NCBI RefSeq assembly: GCF_006345805.1
Contig: NC_043013.1
Coordinates: 496,001-560,000 of the forward strand
Reading direction: 5' to 3'
DNA: 64,000 bases
Source: Octopus sinensis
Taxonomy: Eukaryota
The notes under the pieces were generated by a model, which saw only the letters and a list, made by a program, of their open reading frames with translations, was not told the origin of the DNA and did no database searches. Shown piece by piece: positions 11,136 to 24,307 of this stretch (within the stretch, counting starts at the first letter, position 1; each line of letters begins with the position of its first letter). Position numbers and translations under genes: made by a program.

Positions 11136-12209
11136 TTAGTTTGCCCAATGTCAGCCTTGGCTTATAACCAAAGGCATTCCAGTTGTGACCATCATGTCCT
11201 TTATTCAGGCATAGTGTACAGTCCAAGTGTATGTTATAGAATAATTCACTTTGATTTAATCTGTATTGGTTTCAAAATAAGGAATTTCGATTCCTGATTT
11301 GGTGAAAATATTTTGGCTTGTATTAATTTGTAATTTTCAATCTGGAAGATGGAGAAAAGAAGAAAGAAAATGATTTTTGTGTAAAGAAACGAGTTATTCT
11401 CAGAGCAGAGATTCGATTGGAATACTTGCAATGGAGTTAATAGGGCAAACGATGCTGTTAAAACAGGTGTGAAATTGTCCCTTTCACACGTTACCACTCA
11501 GTTTTGATCAACCAGGGCCTACAGTAGAACACCCTTTTCATAGGTGTTGAGCTGTAGAATCGAACTCAAATTGTCTCTCAGAGGAGTGCATATCAGAAAT
11601 TGAGATAAATATTTTGTGCAAATAAACGATACACTAAATCCATTCCCAGATTGGATAACATGTGGTAACATGTTTCTTGTAATTAGAGCAGTTATACGTT
11701 CGAAAAAAAAAAATCTAAGAGTACTTTAGTGAAAACAAAATTCTCTCATGGAAGCCTTTTTTTTTTTAAATATTAAATAATTCATTTTTTTTTCTGACAT
11801 TTTCAAACCAGAATAAAAGATGGAAGTAGCTGTTGTTGTCGTTTCTAAACTGCAGTTTAGCTTTCATTGCAATTCTACGATTAAAAGCATTCAACTGCGA
11901 AAGACTTTTATATTTTCAATCTTTCAAATATTGTGTCAAGGATTATTTGTCCTTCCTTATTTTTAAGATGCAGGTTGTAATCTGGAGAAAATTTCGTTGG
12001 AGCTGGCAGAAACGTTAGCACGCCCAGCGTTTCTGACACATAGTGTGACAAGATTTGGTGCCTGTGGGAAATTCTGTTTGAGGGTGTCTTTACAATCGAA
12101 TCTGTTGTAGAATTAGAGAAGAAATTGCTGTTGTGCAAGCATAGAATTGAGAGGCTTCAATGCAAACTTAGGAAACATAAAGCATTGATATGAAAACAGA
12201 GAGGATCCA

Positions 12210-12420
12210 ACATCATCATCATCATCATCATCATCATCATTTAATGTCAGTTTCCCATGCTGCTATGGGTGGAATGGTTTTTACAAGGAGCTGGCAAGGC
12301 CAGGAGCCGCACTAGGTTCCAGAGTCTGCTTTGGGGATGCCAGCCATTTTACAGAGTATACTTGATGGTTTTTATGTGGCACAACCATGGGCCATTTTTT
12401 TACATGGCACCATGGAAATA
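12210..12420 (-). mobile_element. RTE-type 3' tail fragment with (CAT)n
   Basis: (CAT)n TTAATGTCAGTTTCCCATGCTG... motif. Confidence 0.7.
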
Positions 12421-13825
12421 TCTGTTCTGGATATGGAAACTAGAAGGAGGCAGAAATTCCATTCAATGTAATCAGGTCAGCTTATGGATGTACATAAGCC
12501 ACACAAGAATCACAGAGAGGTGAATGGAAAAGAAAGATTTTCTACTTGAGAAATGGATGAAGCACAAACTCATGTGGGATTGAGTGATGGATCATAGAGT
12601 GCTCTGAGTTCAAATCTCATAAGGTTTAAATTTTCCAAACAAATTTGAAGGCCTGTTTAATTAACTGTGTTCTAACCCCTATAACTTGTAGGTTTTTGAC
12701 AATGTTATTGAGTAATGTGTGTGTGTGTGTGTGTGTGACATCTTATATTCTGATTGATGAAGAGTCTAAGTGATTCTGAGTATCTTATATGTATGTATCT
12801 ATGTGTGTGTATGCATGTATGTGGTGCATGGAAACAGGTGAGGGTTGGCAACAAGTAGGATGTCTGGCTGTAGAAACTCTGCCTCAGTGAATTCTGTCCG
12901 CCCCATGCAAGCATAGAAAAATGGGCATTAAATGATGTTGATTATGATGATATAAACATACATACATCTGCTGTCATCTCATGAGAGCCACAGAGTAGGG
13001 TGTGTGTGAGTGTGTGTGTGTGTGTGTGTGCTCTAATTGGTTAAAAGATTATGAAGAAATGTCACTGAAACCTTCATCAGATCATTTCTAGAATTGCCTT
13101 AAAAGGAAAGCAGCATTGGATAATGGAGTCTTCAAATGTAATTGGAGAGGAGCCATGGTTTGGATTTCTTTGACTGGAGCTAACATTAGGCCATACCCCC
13201 CCCCTACTAACAACAACAACAACCAAAACAACAATATATACAAGGAAGGAGCCTTTATTTAATCACCCAGAAATAGTAGCCAGTTTCTCTCAAAACACAC
13301 CTTACTATCTTATAAAAGGAAGGATGTTTTGAATAATTTAGTTCCAGATATGAAAAGGGTTGGGTGGTCACAATGGGAATGCTTTTTAATTATAGAGATG
13401 CATTGAGGACAGACCTCAAGCTATGCAACAACAACAACAATAACTGTATATGCACACACACACACACACACATATATAAAGACATAGACACATAAACATA
13501 CACACCTGCACACACACACACACACACACACACATGTTGTGTCTGATGACTAATAAAACAATATAGAAATAAGTTTTAGTTTCAGGTGAAAGCAAACACC
13601 TGGCTCCACGCTGACCTCTTTCCTTTGCTTGTCATTTAATCTCAGCGATTCTGCTCTGCTTTCTTACAAACTCATCAAATCCTTTCTTAAACACACTTTC
13701 AGCTGACATTTCTCCATAACTTGTTGTCCTGGAAGTGCAGAATAACCCAACGAGACTAAGTAGTAATTAAATTGCTCGTTAGTAAAATTAGATTATTTGC
13801 TTTGTAATGAGGCACCAATTATTAA

Positions 13826-13867
<42 letters not shown>

Positions 13868-13894
13868 TATATATATATATAGTATATATAGTAT

Positions 13895-14410
13895 ATCATC
13901 ATCATCATCATCGTTTATGTCCGTTTTCCATGCTGGCATGGGTTGGATAGTTCGACTAGGGTCTGAGAAGCCAGGAGGTTGCACCAGGCTCCAATCAGAA
14001 CTGGCAATGTTTCTACACCTGGATGCCTTTCCTAACACCAACCACTCCTTGATTGTAGTGGGTGCTTTTTATGTGCCACCGGCACAGGGGCCAGAGGAGG
14101 CTGGCAATGGCCACGATTGGTTGGTGCTTTTTATGTGCCACTAGCACGAAAGCCAGTCAAGGTGGCGCTAGCATCGGCCGTGTTCAGATGGTGCTTTTTA
14201 CATGCCACCGGCACAGGTATCACAACTACAATTTCCATTTGATTTCATTTTGATGTTGATGTACTTGACTCAATAGGTCCCCTCAAGCACAGCAGGTCAC
14301 CCTACAATACCAGGTACTTTTGAATAGGCTGAGGCTGGTTATGCAAAACCAATGTAGGATACAACTGTGAACTCACTTTATTTGCTGGGTCTTCGCAGTC
14401 ACAACATATC
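13895..14410 (-). mobile_element. 5'-truncated RTE LINE with repeat-containing 3'UTR
   Basis: Collinear with 1133-1660 along its length. Confidence 0.8.
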
Positions 14411-14415
14411 ACAGT

Positions 14416-15374
<959 letters not shown>

Positions 15375-15683
15375 CTCCTCCCTCCATCTATCCACAAATA
15401 CTACCAATACATTCTCAAATTTTCATTCACACCACAAAACCCTTTCACACAAGCAACACTGATTCCATGGCTCCATACTTTGCAATGACCAAATATGAAC
15501 TGCTATTGGAACTTACCATGTACAGGAATCTTTCTTACCACTTCTATAAACCATTTCCCTTGAATAATGGAACTGCAACTACAATATCTTTATCTTATTT
15601 CTACTTTCATTCTCCTATTTCCCTCTATATTCCCCATCTCCTCCTTTTCCATTATAATTCGAACTCAAATATTTTCTCACACT

Positions 15684-15731
15684 GTCTCTGATGAAGGGAA
15701 ATCCATAATATCCCAGAAACAGCTGTAAGAC
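15684..15731 (+). ncRNA. Minimal type I hammerhead ribozyme motif (family 3)
   Basis: GTCT-CTGATGA-A-GGGA[11 nt]TCCC-A-GAAA-CAGCTG-TA-AGAC: stem I GTCT/AGAC, palindromic stem III ACAGCTGT, predicted cleavage after GUA (15727). Confidence 0.62.
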
Positions 15732-15772
15732 TATTTCATTATAAATCAGATTGGCTTTGTTATCTCATCCTG

Positions 15773-15804
<32 letters not shown>

Positions 15805-15808
<4 letters not shown>

Positions 15809-16170
15809 GCACTCCATTGGTTATGATGATGAGTGTTATGATGATCAACAGAACAGCCTGCTCATGAAATTAACATGCAAGTGGCTGAGCACATCACAGA
15901 CACGTGTATCCTCAATGTAGTTCTTGGGGAGATACAGTGTGACAAGGCTGTCCCTTTGAAATACAGGTACAACAGAAACAGGAAGAAAGAGTGAGAGAAA
16001 GTTGTGGTGAAAGAGTACAGCAGGGTTCACCACCACCCCCTGCCAGAGCCTCGTGGATCTTTAGATGTTTTTGCTCAATAAACACTCACAACGCCCGGTC
16101 TGGGAATCGAAACTGTGATCTTATGACTGCGAATCTGCTCCCCTAACCACTGGGCCATTGCGCCTCCACG
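15805..16170 (-). mobile_element. tRNA-headed SINE (distinct family)
   Basis: Minus strand begins GGAGGCGCAATGGCCCAGTGGTTAGGG...GTTTCGATTCCCAGACCGGGC (A and B boxes). A related fragment lies at about 19900-20000. Confidence 0.75.
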
Positions 16171-16184
16171 TGTATGCAAATATA

Positions 16185-16400
16185 TAAATAGTTCAAATTT
16201 ACAGAAAGCAAAAGACATAAACAGGTGTAGGAACAACAAGCAGGTGTGTTAGTTTAACGCTTGGGAAAAATGGAAAAGTCTTTATGTTTCAAGTCTATGC
16301 TCTTCAACAGGAAGGAATAAGAGGGAAAAAATGAAGAAAGAATGAATAGAATGAAGAGAGAAAAAAAGTGCAGAGTTCAACAGTCCAACATGGTGAGATG
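16185..16400 (-). mobile_element. Family 2 Penelope-like short element with hammerhead-like motif
   Basis: Minus strand CTTC-CTGTTGA-A-GAGC-ATAG-ACTT-GAAACATA-AAG at 16279-16315; homologous to the 1670 and 44170 copies. Confidence 0.55.
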
Positions 16401-16409
16401 ACAGGAAAA

Positions 16410-16415
16410 AGAGGT

Positions 16416-16457
<42 letters not shown>

Positions 16458-16875
16458 CATTGTGTACAGTGCTCAGGTGCACTACAACTCATCTAAAGTG
16501 TATGTATAGTCCATAGGGTAATGTACAAGCATCAGGAAAAGAACAGCGCATGGGTCATGACATACATATATATGTATGAGTATGGAAAGGGGACAATCAG
16601 GTGTAGTTTCGGCGGATTTCGGAAAGCATGAGGGCCTTAAAGGATGCAGTGTCATGGCAGTCAACAACTGACGCAGGCAGTTTATTCCATGCTTCAGCAA
16701 CTCTGAGTGTGAAAAAATGTTTCCGAAAGTCATGGGAGCTCTGCTGTTTTCTGACTTTGTAGGCATGTCCACGTGTGTTGGACACAGGGAGATCAAAAAG
16801 GTGTTCAGTGTTGTTGTTGGTGAGGTGGTTGATAACTTTGTGGGTGTTTACCAAGTCCATCGCCAGACGCCGGAG
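16410..16875 (-). mobile_element. 5'-truncated CR1/L2-clade LINE 3' end with (ATT)n tail
   Basis: ORF 16597-16860 DLVNTHKVI...TRGHAYK...RKHFFTLRVAEAWNKLP...SFK is the typical CR1-group ORF2 C-terminus. Confidence 0.88.
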
Positions 16876-16899
16876 CTTCAGTGAATAGAAAGATAATTA

Positions 16900-17372
16900 T
16901 AATGATTTCAAATTTTTGCCACAAGGGCAGCTTGAAGGAGGGGATAAAGTTGATTATAATGATCCCAGTGCATAACTGGTACTTATTTAATCGAGCCAAA
17001 AGGCAAAGTCGACCTTGGTGGAATTTGAATTCTGAATGTAGTGGCAGACAAAATACTGAGGGGGCATTTCACCTGGCATGCTAATGATTCTGCCAGTTCA
17101 CTGCCTTAATAATAATAATAATAATAATAATAATGACAATAATAATAATAATAGTAATTCTTTCAACTATAAGCATAAGGCCTGTAATTTGAGGGGAGAG
17201 GACTAATTGATTACATCGACCCCAGTGTTTCCCTGATACTTAATTTATCAACCCCAAAAGGATGAAAAGCAAAGTTGACCTCAGTAGAATTTGAATTCAG
17301 AACGTAGCAATAGGTGAAAAACTGCTAAGTGTTTAGCTTGGTGTGCTACCGATTCTGCCAGTTCACTGCCTT
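16900..17372 (-). mobile_element. Two tandem type B SINEs, each abutting (AAT)n
   Basis: Both end on + with GATTCTGCCAGTTCACTGCCTTAATAATAAT (about 17085 and 17350). Confidence 0.75.
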
Positions 17373-17409
17373 AATAATAATAATAATAATAACAACAACA
17401 GTATATTTG

Positions 17410-17860
17410 GGGCGCAGGAATGGGTGTGTGGTAAGTAGCTTGCTTACTAACCACATGGTTTCAGGATCAGTCTGACAGTGTGGCACCTTGGGCAAATGTC
17501 TTCTACTACAGCCTTGTGAGTGGATTTGGTAGACAGAAACTGAAAGAAGCCCATAGTATATATATATATATATATTTATTTATACACACACACACACACA
17601 CACACATATTTGTCTGTATGTGTGTGTCTCTGTGTGTGTGTGTGTGTGTGTGTATGTTTGTATGTCTGTGTTTGTCTCCCTACCTTCGCTTGACAACCAA
17701 TGTTGGTGTGTTTACATCCCTATAACTTAGCGGTTCAGCAAAAGAGACCAATAGAATAAGTACTAGGTTTACAAAGAATAAATCCAGGGGTCAGTTTTTT
17801 TGACTAAAGGTAGTGCTCCAGCATGGCCGCAGTCAAATGACTGAAACAAATAAAAGAATA
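17410..17860 (+). mobile_element. Full-length tRNA-SINE type C/D with internal (TA/CA/TG)n
   Basis: GGCGCAGG...TGTGTGGTAAG.AGCTTGCTT...GGCACCTTGGGCAA.TGTCTTCTACT...GACAGAAACTGAAAGAAGCCC + microsatellite + GGTTCAGCAAAAGAGACC...GCTCCAGCATGGCCGCAGTC. Confidence 0.85.
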
Positions 17861-17959
17861 TATATACTTTCATATGTATATTTGTGTGTGTGTGTGTGTG
17901 TCTATCATCATCATTATCATATATTGTATATAATAATGCAATACATAACGAACTAATTA

Positions 17960-18680
17960 GGGTGGTGAGCTGATAGAATTGGTACCATTTTGCAGAAGTG
18001 CTCAAGAAGACCCTAACCCCACAGCTGAAGATTCAAGACCGGTCCTTCTGATAGCGTAAAGCACTCATGTGGTGCCACATAAAAGTGCCCTGTGCTGTAC
18101 CATGTAAAAGTGCCCATCTGGTGCCACGTAGAAGCACCCAGTGCCACTCTGTAAAGTGGTTGGCATTAGGAAGGGCATCAAGCCGTAGAAACCCTACCAA
18201 ATCAGACGACTGGGGCCTGGTGCAGCTCTGGTCAAACTGTCCAACCCTGGCCAGCATGGACAAGAGATGTTAAGTGATGATGGGGATGATGATGATGATG
18301 AAGATGAGGATGATGATGAAGATGAGGATGATGATGAAGATGAGGATGATGATGAAGATGAGGATGATGATGAAGATGAGGATGATGATGAAGATGAGAA
18401 TGATGATGAAGATGAGGATGATGATGATGAGGATGAAGATGATGATGATAAGGATGATGATGATGATGTTGAGGAGGAGGATGCTGATGATGATAAAAAT
18501 GATGATGATGGTGTTGGAAAAGATGCTTAGTGGCATTTCTTCTGACTTTACATTCTGCGCTCAAAATCCTTTACCTTTCATCCTTTCAAGATCGATTAAA
18601 TAGATACCAGCTGAGTACTGGGGAGTTACACCCGCCACCAAAATTGCTGGCCTTGTGCCAGAATTTGAAACCAGTATGTA
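17960..18680 (+). mobile_element. Type B SINE interrupted by an RTE-type 3' fragment and its expanded tail
   Basis: SINE head GGTGGTGAGCTGATAGAAT at about 17961, RTE tail about 18060-18290, SINE resumes GATGCTTAGTGGCATTTC... at about 18520. Confidence 0.6.
18291..18416. repeat. About 7 x 18 bp higher-order repeat GATGATGATGAAGATGAG within a (GAT)n tail (degenerate to about 18510)
   Basis: Six exact units and one with a single substitution, counted by eye. Confidence 0.9.
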
Positions 18681-20214
18681 ATGAGTCAATCTAGGGAGTA
18701 TCAAGATTTAATACAGCAACCAAACCAATGAAAAGCATTACATATGATGAGGTAGCATTTAACAAACCAACAATATATAACAGGGTACCTTATAATAAAC
18801 CAACAATATGTATTTAAAAGAAAATAAACATGGTTTGGTTAGAGGAAGAAAAGTAGCATTTATGACCTTTTTGAGGGTTTATAAAGACCAGTTGAAAGAT
18901 GTTATCTTTAGACTGGAGACTTAGTCTGAATGCTTCCAAGAAAGTGTTCTCTACTAATGGCATCCAAGGATAAGGCGATGTTAGACCAAATAAATGATTA
19001 AATCTATCACTTGGGAAAAGATTAAATCTTCACCCAGTTTCCATCTATCAAATTTCACTCACAAGGCCTCGGTAGACCAAAGCTTTGATAGATCTTTGTC
19101 CAAGGAGCCACAACATGCAATTGAACTTGAAACCACATAATTCCAAAGACCTCACCCTCATCACACAACAACACTTCCATACATTATATGTAACATCCTT
19201 GTAGAACAATCTGTATTAGTTTGCAGTATGGGAGACTGTAGTGTATTAGGTTGTAGTATGGCATCCCCCCACCAAACCCAGACAAACAAACAAAAACAAA
19301 AAAAATTCATCTACTGCTGGAAAACTATGTTTTGCAATGAACCTATGTAATAAAGCTCATAATTGCTGCATCGCTGGTCAGTTGGTAATGGAGGCCCAAA
19401 CATGCCTGGTTAACTCTATTGATCACTTTTGCTACAACATCAAACCTCTTTTGGCATATTATGTTCCATGGTCTACTTTGGAATTGATCCAAATCCAGGC
19501 AATATATTTTGGTATCAACATATCAAATGAAATAGTTAATCTCCTCTGCCGAAATATTTATCTTTTTAATTTCTTTGCTTTATAAAACCATCAAGGTAAA
19601 AAAAAAAAGCTGATAGAGAAATGTATGTAAAAAGAATACTTAAAATTATGAAGGCATGTTAGGACTGACAAAATGATTTAATAAACACTCTGAGGTTACT
19701 ATAATCTGATTATGGCATACTTTATATTGCTCTTGGCCAAATGGTTAAGAAGTTTGCTTTTCAATCATGAGGTTTCAGGTTCAATCCCATTGTGTGGCAT
19801 CTTGGGCAAAGCTCTCTATCATAGCTTTGGTTCTACCAAAGTTAAGTGGAATTGAGTAAATGGAAATTGTTTGGAAGCCTGTGAGATGGATTGTATTAGC
19901 AATTCAAAATTCAGTCTTGTCACCCTGAGTTGTGCTGATTCTGACTGAAGATTATGTTAAGGGGACATGAGTCTGTGGAATACTCAAGCACCTATGTGCT
20001 CATTCAGTTGATTAAATAATTGAAGCTGTTTTGACAAAAGAGACAGAGATCCATTTTAAATACTTTGGTTGTAGCAACACAATTGGGTGACTTTACAATG
20101 GCTACATTTTGACAATGGATAAAGAATACACTGCAGCAATGTTCTAGCAATACAAAATAGAAACAGCAGCAGTAACAAACACATAACGAACCAACAATCA
20201 ATACCTGTTTCCTT

Positions 20215-20440
20215 ATTACCCACAAAGGGTTAAACATAGAGGGGACAAACAAGGACAGACAAAGGGATTAAGTCGATTACATCGATCCCAGTGCATAAAT
20301 GGTACTTATTCAATCAACCCTGAAAGGATGAAAGGCAAAGTTGACCTTGGTGGAATTTGAACTCAGAATGTAATGGCAGACAAAATACCACTAAGTATTT
20401 TCACCCGGCATGCTAACAATTCTGTCAGCTCGCTACCCTC
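20215..20440 (-). mobile_element. Type B SINE
   Basis: Reverse complement of the 8578-8790 copy, including its GGGTTAAACATAGAGGGGACAAACAAGGACAGAC 3' variant. Confidence 0.8.
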
Positions 20441-20579
20441 CAACAATTAGAATTGTAAACTGAACCTGGACTTTGTAGACCAAACTATGAACTGCCAACT
20501 ATGTCAGACCACTACTATTTATATGTGATGGTCCCATCTATTCTCATCAGGGGGCATCGTAACTCTTGCCACAACAGTT

Positions 20580-20774
20580 GATCTATCCACAGAGAAATTA
20601 TGTAGTGAAAAATGTTAGAGAATCATGATTTTCTATGATTTGAGGATCTATCCACAGAGAAATTATGTAGTGAAAAATGTTAGAGAATCATGATTTTCTA
20701 TGATTTGAGGATCTATCCACAGAGAAATTATGTAGTGAAAAATGTTAGAGAATCATGATTTTCTATGATTTGAG
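20580..20774. repeat. Perfect 3 x 65 bp tandem repeat
   Basis: GATCTATCCACAGAGAAATTATGTAGTGAAAAATGTTAGAGAATCATGATTTTCTATGATTTGAG at 20580, 20645 and 20710. Confidence 0.95.
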
Positions 20775-20859
20775 GAAAATTTTCTTTCTATAAAACTAAT
20801 GCCAGGTAAGACTGGTTTCAATTACTTTGAATGATGAAACATTAAAATATGGTTATTAG

Positions 20860-21068
20860 CACTGGTGCTGGTGTTAGATTAAGGGCACTCTGTACACCCT
20901 GTGGAGAGTTTGGTATTAGGAAGGGCATCCAACTGTAGAAACCATGTCAAAATGGACTATGGAACCGGGTGTGGCTCCTGGCCTTACCAGCTCCTGTCAA
21001 AGCGTCCAACCCATGCTGACATGGAAAATGGACTTTAGATGATGATGATGATGATGATGATGATGATA
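20860..21068 (+). mobile_element. RTE-type 3' tail fragment with (GAT)n
   Basis: GGTATTAGGAAGGGCATCCA...CCAACCCATGCTGACATGGAAAATGGAC + (GAT)n. Confidence 0.75.
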
Positions 21069-21269
21069 GTTTCAATTCTGGTAAGGATGATTGTAATAAC
21101 ACTATTTGCCATACAAAGTTTGGGAAATTAATTGAGATCAACTTATACCTTGTCCTTAACTTATGACTAAGTTCCATTCCGACTGACCGTGGTTCGCCAT
21201 ACCTCAGTCAAATTGGCTGACCCATGGAAAGCAGATGTTAAACGATGATGATGATTATATATATATATA

Positions 21270-21600
21270 TGGGGCACTGGTTGGAGTGCCAGGCTCACAA
21301 TCATGAGATAGCAAGTTCAATTCCAGGACGTGGCTGTATGTTTGTTCTTGAGCAAGACACTTTATTTCACATTGCTCCAGTTCACTTATCTGTAGAAATG
21401 AGTTGCAACGTCACAGGTGTCAAGCTGTATCGGCCCCTTTGCCTTTCCCTTGGATAACACTGGTGGTGTGGAGAGCAGAGGCCGGTATGCATGGGTGACT
21501 GCTGGTCTTCCATAAACAACCTTGCCCAGATTGTGCCTCAGAGGGTAACTTTGTAGGTGCAATCCCATGGTCATTCATAACTTAAAGGAGGAGGTCTTTA
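21270..21600 (+). mobile_element. tRNA-SINE type E (V-domain-like core)
   Basis: TTCTTGAGCAAGACACTT...CTCCAGTTCACT..CTGTAGAAATGAG; collinear with 48490-48830. The V-domain assignment is from memory. Confidence 0.7.
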
Positions 21601-21618
21601 CGTACCCTTTAATATATA

Positions 21619-21654
<36 letters not shown>

Positions 21655-21657
21655 ATA

Positions 21658-21910
21658 TCTCTTATTATAAAAGGCAGATTTATCTGCCTCCCTTTGGAGT
21701 TATACAAATCTACAATATAGGATTTCTTCAATTACAATTTACCTAGCAGTTTTAAGAGTACAATGCATCGCGTCATGCCAGGTCCAGTTTTTAAAATTTA
21801 AACTCCAGTTAAGCAAAATTTACAGAAAACTCACATTCTGGTGTGTGTGTCAAATGCTTTTCTTAGTCTGGTTTACACCACACGCAACGCACACACACAG
21901 TGGGCAAGGA
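21658..21910 (+). mobile_element. Helitron-like 5' segment (family B)
   Basis: TC(TC)TTATTATAAAAGGCAGATTTATCTGCCTCCC..., collinear with the element starting at 23205. Confidence 0.5.
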
Positions 21911-22021
21911 ATAAAACGAAAGTAATTCACTTACGTAGTGAGTGATTCTTTCACTCTGCCTCCCACTTCTCTTTTCACACATAGACAAGCAAATAATAAA
22001 TAAATTGTAAGCAACGTGGTG

Positions 22022-22053
<32 letters not shown>

Positions 22054-22400
22054 CGCGTGTGTGTGTGTGTGTGTGAGGGTGAACATAGACCAAAGCAGAG
22101 AATGTATTCTTTTATTCTTCTGCTTTTTCCAGCCATTGGTCTGTGGCCATGCTGGGGCAATGCTTGAAGAATTGTAGTTTAATGAATCAACTCCAGTTTT
22201 ATTTTGTAAGCATTGTGCTTATTCTATCTGTTTCCTTTGTCAAACCACTAGGTGAAGGGTGTGTAAACAAACCAGCATTCGTTGTCAAGCAGTGGTGGAG
22301 GACAATCACAGCACAGACACGCACACACACCACATACATGCATACACATATACCACATACATATACATCATACATATATATATATGTGTGTATATATATA

Positions 22401-22650
22401 TGCAGCGTGGAAGGTGTTGTAAGCCATTTAAGAAACAACACAAAACCGTACATCACTTCAACATTTAAATTTAATTGCAAAAATTTTCGTCGCTTTCAGA
22501 CGCGACCTGTTCACTGACAAAAATATCGTGCAACAGGTCGCAGTCTCAAAGCGACGAAAATATTGACAAATAATTTAAATGTTGAAGTGAATCTAACGCT
22601 TTTTGTGTGTTTCTTTCTTAAATGGCTTATAAACACACTTCAACGCTGCA
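22401..22650. mobile_element. Fold-back (palindromic) element, about 110 bp arms and a 20 nt loop
   Basis: TGCAGCGT.GAAG...AAGCCATTTAAGAAA...CACTTCAACATTTAAAT...TTTTCGTCGCTTT.AGAC.GCGACCTGTT is mirrored on the right. Confidence 0.85.
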
Positions 22651-22814
22651 ACTGTTTTTCGTTCCAGCACACGATCTCAGACAGTCACTTGCTATGCAAG
22701 TACATCTCTGTAACTATATATATATTTATATCTATATATATATATGTATATTGGTAAAAACAGTAAGATAACAAAAGAAAGAAAGAGACCTCAATATTAA
22801 GTAAATAGAGGAAA

Positions 22815-23204
22815 TCTTTTATATATAAAAGTGAGGTTGTGGGTCTGTCTCCTACGATTAGATTCCTAACTACTCCCACATTTTGCGGTGCAGTTAACTA
22901 AAAGCGGGTATCTTATAGTCGTGATTCATATCGAGACCGTCTGGGTATTAGCGCGCGTCTACGATGAGTCTACGATTTATTAAAAAAAATTTACCATCAA
23001 TTTTCCATTTTAATCCATTTTTGACATATTAAGGGAAGTAGTAATCTCTAAAATTGTTATTAAATCTCAGAACGTAAAAAGCTACAGTAACACCCCTCCC
23101 CCTTTGTGGTTAGCCATATGAGATGGCTATTATACTTTACATCTCTAAAAATGCTTATATAATTATTCCTTACAAACCCGAGCAACGCCGGGCGATACTG
23201 CTAG
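22815..23204 (+). mobile_element. Non-autonomous Helitron (family A)
   Basis: A|TC 5' end; 3' hairpin CCCGAGCAACGCCGGG followed by CTAG|T. Confidence 0.8.
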
Positions 23205-24060
23205 TCTTATTATAAAAGGCAGATTTTATCTGCCTCCCTTTGTCTCTTATAGAAATCTACAATATAGGATTTCTTCAATTACAATTTACCAAGCATTTTT
23301 AAGAGTAGAATAAATCGGGTCGTGCCAGATCCAGTTTTTAAAATTTCAACCCCAATTAAGCAAAATTTAGAGAAAACTCACATTGTGGTGTGTAAGTCAA
23401 GTGCTTTTCTTAGTGTGGGCTACAGCACACGCACACACACAAAAACGGAGCGATCTGCTTCACTCACGCTATCACTCTAATTTCTACTCCTTTCTCTTTG
23501 CAAGTGTGCAACGATTAAAGTGAAACTATTTCTATAAAACGAGAGAAGTGTACCTTAAACCACTACTAAAAAAGAAAAAAAACACAGCAAACAGAAACAA
23601 ATAAATACATAACGATTTACTCCTCACACAATTTCTTCAATTAGACTTTACCTATGATTTTTCAAAGTACTTCATTTCGGTCATGCCATACAAAATTTCT
23701 TTCAATTTCACCTCCAATTAAGACAAAATTTGAGAAAACTCAATATCTTAACATTTCACTCCGAAAGCATTGATGTACATGTGTGCGTGCGTGAGTGTGT
23801 GTGTGTCACTCCTCACACACACGCATACACATACATATATGACAGTGACAAACACAAACGTTTCAAACAACTACATACAAACACGTGTGTGTTTGTTATT
23901 AGTAAAAAAGGCGCCAAACACAACTCACTTCTCATTCCAACACATTTGCAAAAACACACCGACGGTCGAATTGCTATAACAATACAGAAAAGGTAAATTG
24001 GTTTCTAATTTACTTTCTGTCGTTAAATTTTGGTAGTATTAATTGGCGAGCCGAGCTTCT
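23205..24060 (+). mobile_element. Helitron-like element (family B) joined head-to-tail to the preceding Helitron; 3' boundary uncertain
   Basis: Starts TC immediately after the CTAG; first about 250 bp match 21658-21910. Confidence 0.5.
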
Positions 24061-24307
24061 TTCAGTATATATTTATACATACATAAATATATACACATAT
24101 TCTGTATATATTTTATTATATAATATTATATATAGATATATGTATATATAATTGCAGTATGAAACAGTGTTTATGTATAAACAGACGACACTTTTAAAAG
24201 AAAAACCAAAAAATATTTTATTCTTTATAAATGTTGTGTTCAAAATAACATTTTCTTTTAAGAATGTGTATATAACAAAGTATGTGTATATAACTACGTG
24301 GCTTATA

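Noticed and set aside
18232-18603. Poly-D/E, poly-H, poly-M and poly-I ORFs
   Set aside because: Frames of the (GAT)n-derived tail of a retroelement; no splice sites linking them to a gene.
20580-20774. CRISPR-like array
   Set aside because: Units are directly adjacent with no unique spacers, the context is eukaryotic, and no cas genes are present.
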